A DNA stretch of 64,000 bases from a virus. Numbering within the stretch: position 1 is the stretch's first letter; every line of letters starts with the position of its first letter. The DNA is taken from the IMG/VR virus record IMGVR_UViG_3300027804_000045, positions 64,001 to 128,000 of that record, one strand, 5' to 3'. The notes below the pieces were generated by a model, which saw only the letters and a list, made by a program, of their open reading frames with translations, was not told where the DNA came from and made no database searches. A program made the position numbers and the translations under genes. Positions 60,416-64,000 of the stretch are shown here, piece by piece.

Positions 60416-61216
60416 TTATCTTGCCAAAATATTTGATACAGCACCAGTATTACTTGTGAATACCATTCTTACGAAAGGATGAAAACCCTTTATAGTATAT
60501 CCAACTGTTTCTGTTGTCTCTAAATAGGAATTGCCTGTGATAGGATACCAATCAGTGAGAGTGCTACTAAATGTTCCTTCGATCCCTACATCACCGTTGA
60601 ATTCATATAGATGTGCTTGTATAGTAAGTATAGGATTATCGTTAGTATTGATTACTGAACTATAATAAGTATTAGCGTTTGGTAATACGTTGTCGATACT
60701 ATTATTGCTATCAAGATTAGGGAAAGGTTGTCCTGTAGGAATCGTGACCATCTCGCTAGGTACGAAACTTGGAAGTACGCTATCTACGATGTTGATCTGA
60801 CCTCGGGCGCCGGCTGCAGGATCTACAAAAACGGGATATCCAAATTCCCCGACAGGAATCTCAAGGCTATAATGACACATCTGAGCTGGTATATCTTCTA
60901 ATTCAGCAGCATTAAGTTGAAGATAAGCTATACCAGTCAATGGTAATTCTAAAGTAAGGCCCTTACGTATCAATACTTCGGTACCATCATAGTTAATAAT
61001 ACGGCAAACGATGTTTTTGCCTGTAATATCGACTGGTTTCTGCTCTTGATTCAAGAACTGAAACTGTAGTTTATTGTCTACCCCTTTGTGTAGCATCATT
61101 GTTTTAGCATATACTGGCATAAAGGCCCTCGGACTGTTTCCTGATAATAGGATGACAATCTGACGCTGTGTAAAAATAAATGCTGCTGTTGAATATCCTA
61201 CGTTTGTTACAGTCAC
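60416..61216 (-). CDS. Virion structural protein (BppU-like N domain)
   Basis: KG.DN...F...N..QKPVDI; late promoter 61236-61243. Confidence 0.55.
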   Translation of the reverse strand: MTVTNVGYSTAAFIFTQRQIVILLSGNSPRAFMPVYAKTMMLHKGVDNKLQFQFLNQEQKPVDITGKNIVCRIINYDGTEVLIRKGLTLELPLTGIAYLQLNAAELEDIPAQMCHYSLEIPVGEFGYPVFVDPAAGARGQINIVDSVLPSFVPSEMVTIPTGQPFPNLDSNNSIDNVLPNANTYYSSVINTNDNPILTIQAHLYEFNGDVGIEGTFSSTLTDWYPITGNSYLETTETVGYTIKGFHPFVRMVFTSNTGAVSNILAR

Positions 61217-61293
61217 AGATTATCACTCCTAACTGTATTTATGAGTATAAAAATAAAATATTTTTATGGAAACCCAATTATAAATAATAATCA

Positions 61294-61677
61294 ATGACGA
61301 TTGCTAAAGATTTCTTTAAAAAATTGAGTGACAACCATCCATTCATCACGATTTTGTCATTCGCTGGCCAGGATTATGTAGGTATAGTTCAGAACCGCGA
61401 TGACCAATGCACCAGCATTTATGATTACGGATCTATCGTAGATTCTAAGTCTAAAGAGTTATTTCTAGAATTAGGTGAAGTTTGGTGGTGGGAAAGTAAT
61501 CGTCAAATTCCTATAAACATATTTCTGAAGCAAGAATGGGTTCTTTTTAAGCCCTATTTAAAAACTTTTAATAATAAAAACCTCGAAATACTACATGGTC
61601 CTATCGTTTGTTTAAGTGAGCTTAACAAACGTAGAACGAAAAGAAAAAGTATCACACTAGTAAAGAGATTTCCTTAA
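61294..61677 (+). CDS. Conserved hypothetical protein
   Basis: WWWESNRQIPINIFL; TATAAATA 7 nt upstream. Confidence 0.75.
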   Translation: MTIAKDFFKKLSDNHPFITILSFAGQDYVGIVQNRDDQCTSIYDYGSIVDSKSKELFLELGEVWWWESNRQIPINIFLKQEWVLFKPYLKTFNNKNLEILHGPIVCLSELNKRRTKRKSITLVKRFP

Positions 61678-62154
61678 TTTCTTCTTACGCCTGTTTTTGG
61701 CCATTTCTAAACTTAATTTTCCAACTCTTGTGTCAAAACACACACCGTCTAGATGATCTCTCTCATGTTGAAAAACTCTACCTATAATACCCTCAAACTC
61801 AGATATAATTTCTTCCCCTAAAGCATTATAATATTTTACTTTTACTTTTTCATAACGTTTTACGTTAAGCCATAGATTAGGGAAACTTAGACATCCTTCT
61901 TGGTCCATATACTCGCCTGTACCTTCTAATATTTCAGGATTAATGCAGGCGAATAATTTTTGTTCGTTACCCATGACAAATATTCTTTTAAGTATACCGA
62001 CTTGGGGACCGGCTAAACCAATACCGTTATTCTCCATCATTGCTTTTGCCATGTCTCTGATAAGCTCTGTAGGATCTCCGTCTGAATTGAAGTCCCAAGG
62101 TGTTGCTTGCTGTCTTAATACTTCATCGTTTTCTTTGACTAGTTTAATTTCCAT
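61657..62154 (-). CDS. def: Peptide deformylase
   Basis: GIGLAGPQ, EGCLS, QHERDH. Confidence 0.95.
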   Translation of the reverse strand: MEIKLVKENDEVLRQQATPWDFNSDGDPTELIRDMAKAMMENNGIGLAGPQVGILKRIFVMGNEQKLFACINPEILEGTGEYMDQEGCLSFPNLWLNVKRYEKVKVKYYNALGEEIISEFEGIIGRVFQHERDHLDGVCFDTRVGKLSLEMAKNRRKKKLRKSLY

Positions 62155-62722
62155 TTTCCACCAATAGATTCATGTGTACTACAACTAGATGTGCGTATGC
62201 GATACTATGTGATTTTTTAAATACATATCCGCCTACATCTTTTTCCCAGACTGTTTGTGCAATTTCTTTCCAGCTTTTGCCTATCAAATGTTTTTTACCA
62301 GGACGAATGATCGCAAGAAACATCGCTAATCTTGGAATGCTGTTTATAGGTTCAGGCATAGTTTGCATTTGATTAAAGTGATTGCCTAAATGTATTAATT
62401 GCTCGACAAAATTTTTATCGTTTAGTTTATTCCAATCTGGTTCGCGCATCAAAGAAATTAGATGATCTTCGTCTCGTACCATATTGTATACATGAACGTT
62501 GAGTAAATCTAATTTGATATATCCCCTATCTTCGGCTTCTTCGTAGTCCAATGATGACATATCATTTATAGGATCATAGGGAATATCAGTCACATAAATT
62601 CCTGTGTTATGCTTACGTGTATCCTGTTTACGTATGCTTGCTTTGATATTAGGTATGATAGATAAGATTTTATCTCTATCACCCAAGTCAATATCGATGT
62701 CGCTATTAAATTTCATTGCCAT
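62144..62722 (-). CDS. dnaE: Family-C DNA polymerase (DnaE-like) catalytic C-terminal fragment
   Basis: DIDID, KH..G, GYIKLDLL, IRPG, GYVFKKSH..AY. Confidence 0.88.
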   Translation of the reverse strand: MAMKFNSDIDIDLGDRDKILSIIPNIKASIRKQDTRKHNTGIYVTDIPYDPINDMSSLDYEEAEDRGYIKLDLLNVHVYNMVRDEDHLISLMREPDWNKLNDKNFVEQLIHLGNHFNQMQTMPEPINSIPRLAMFLAIIRPGKKHLIGKSWKEIAQTVWEKDVGGYVFKKSHSIAYAHLVVVHMNLLVENGN

Positions 62723-62979
62723 GCCAATAAAAATAGTATTTCTTTCTCTTCATCTTTGATTTCAATTAAACATTTCGCCGGCTGGCCTACTATCCTAAAT
62801 ATCCAACTTTCACGGTCTTTGCTACGCCATTCTATAAATTGACCTACGGTACTCATACTAAATCTACGGCCATCTTCATAATAATTTTCTTGTATATTGT
62901 TGCACAGCCATTCTAACATTTCTTTATGTTTACTATATGGTAACGTATGTCTCCGAGATGCTTTCACAATCTTTTTCAC
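62713..62979 (-). CDS. Hypothetical protein
   Basis: ORF ending F.L.W, typical of small proteins of these phages. Confidence 0.6.
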   Translation of the reverse strand: MKKIVKASRRHTLPYSKHKEMLEWLCNNIQENYYEDGRRFSMSTVGQFIEWRSKDRESWIFRIVGQPAKCLIEIKDEEKEILFLLAWQ

Positions 62980-63524
62980 CTAGTAAGTCCGAGTTTTTTA
63001 TAAGCCTGTTGCACAACAATAGCCTGACGTTCCGCGTCATCTACTGCTCTGTGGCTCGTAACATGTCCCCCGTCTTTTAATTTAACACCGGCGAGTTCGT
63101 AAAGAGTGCGCGTATCTCGTACAGTATAGAATGGCCATGGTATAGGATTAGGCCTATCAGTAAAAACTTGTCTGAACGCTGTCTCAGCCACAACAACGTC
63201 GAATGCCGCACCGTTACTCCATACAGCCCTGCGATTCCATCCGAACTTGTAAAGTTGCTCTAGGCAATCAACAAAACTGATTCTATCACGATCACCCATG
63301 GCTTCTTCTTGAGCCTCAGTACTTTGTTCGCTCCACCAACGTATCGTATCATCGTTAATCACGCGATTATATTTTTCTGTTTGTTCTTCGATAGTAGGCC
63401 GCAACTCTAATCGTTCAACAACACCGCTACCATACGGATCAAATCGTACACAGCCAATAGTAAGGATAACACAATAAGGACTTGTGTCTAATGTCTCCAT
63501 ATCTATCATTATGTCATTTGCCAT
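62976..63524 (-). CDS. DEDDh 3'-5' exonuclease
   Basis: MIDMET, NG..FD, RD.RT, HRAVDD. Confidence 0.88.
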   Translation of the reverse strand: MANDIMIDMETLDTSPYCVILTIGCVRFDPYGSGVVERLELRPTIEEQTEKYNRVINDDTIRWWSEQSTEAQEEAMGDRDRISFVDCLEQLYKFGWNRRAVWSNGAAFDVVVAETAFRQVFTDRPNPIPWPFYTVRDTRTLYELAGVKLKDGGHVTSHRAVDDAERQAIVVQQAYKKLGLTR

Positions 63525-63789
63525 ACTTAAGAATATACACTAAAAATTTCTTCTCGTCAACTACTTTGTAGTCGTCGCTCAACATACCTTCAATATTTTC
63601 AGTAGGTCTGAAACCATATTTGTTTTCTAACCATTTCATGTATTCTCTATGATCTCTACTACCCGTTTCGCTCCTAAATTCTAATTTAAGGTCTTTGAGA
63701 TTTTGCCAATACTTCCAGCGTGCCTTCCGTTTTTCAATATCAGCGTCATCATCATCGTAGTCTTGAAAATCTTTAGGGACGTTTACCAT
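63514..63789 (-). CDS. Hypothetical protein
   Basis: ORF ending VVDEKK...Y.LKY. Confidence 0.65.
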   Translation of the reverse strand: MVNVPKDFQDYDDDDADIEKRKARWKYWQNLKDLKLEFRSETGSRDHREYMKWLENKYGFRPTENIEGMLSDDYKVVDEKKFLVYILKYGK

Positions 63790-64000
63790 TGCTACTCCAA
63801 ACGTTATCTACTTCTTTAACTTCACTAAGAATACTTTTATGTAAGTAGTTTAATAACAACGCCGATCTGGGTTTGTCAGAATTGTTAGGCATGCTGCTGT
63901 GTAAAACTCTACAATTATAAACGAGTAATGTACCTTTAGGCATATCGTGCTGCTTAACATTTTCCATAAACCAGCGATCAAAGGTTCCTTTATAACATTT
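63773..64000 (-). CDS. PhyH-like 2OG-Fe(II) dioxygenase, C-terminal part (5' end outside window)
   Basis: G..L.YN...LHSS.PN.S...R. Confidence 0.7.
   Translation of the reverse strand, partial: KCYKGTFDRWFMENVKQHDMPKGTLLVYNCRVLHSSMPNNSDKPRSALLLNYLHKSILSEVKEVDNVWSSNGKRP

Noticed and set aside
269-62372. Numerous short opposite-strand or alternate-frame ORFs in the track (e.g. 4672..5007, 24324..24614, 27169..27606, 7505..7858)
   Set aside because: Shadows of long genes caused by codon bias; no RBS, promoter or recognisable motifs
17845-62722. Split intein joining the DnaE pieces
   Set aside because: No intein N-terminal block after piece A and no His-Asn-Cys/Ser junction in piece B; both ORFs are too short
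1-64000. Stop-codon reassignment
   Set aside because: Genes tile densely under the standard code, TAA/TAG/TGA all end genes, and conserved proteins are not interrupted
1-64000. tRNA/rRNA genes and mobile elements
   Set aside because: Intergenic gaps are short; no cloverleaf, transposase or integrase signatures were seen by eye

Overview
A 64 kb segment of an AT-rich, large T4-like myophage (jumbo-type) genome, mostly coded on the minus strand. It carries tail and neck genes: sheath, tube, tube-like baseplate, gp4-, gp13-, gp14- and gp15-like proteins, and collagen and other fibres. Replication genes are a primase, a helicase, a clamp loader, a dNMP kinase and nucleases. Host-like accessory genes are dps, clpA, dnaJ, groES, phoH, mazG, iscA, def, a NUDIX hydrolase and a PhyH-like gene, which suggest a proteobacterial host. 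Many TAAATA late promoters and several sigma70-type promoters are visible. Main observations: (1) A miniaturised family-C (DnaE-like) polymerase is split at one point into two intein-free genes about 44 kb apart. (2) A family of putative head-packaged proteins has T4-capsid-targeting-like N-termini and many internal (I/L/V/M)-x-E sites. They look like protease-processed polyproteins, with cargo including a kinase, a methyltransferase and a LysM/lysozyme-like module. (3) One of these proteins has four TonB-box-like motifs. (4) Recurrent hairpins pair promoter-proximal sequence with the RBS or start codon, and many genes look leaderless. (5) One structural gene has a GC-rich structured 5' UTR. 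All calls come from motif recognition by eye. No searches were run.
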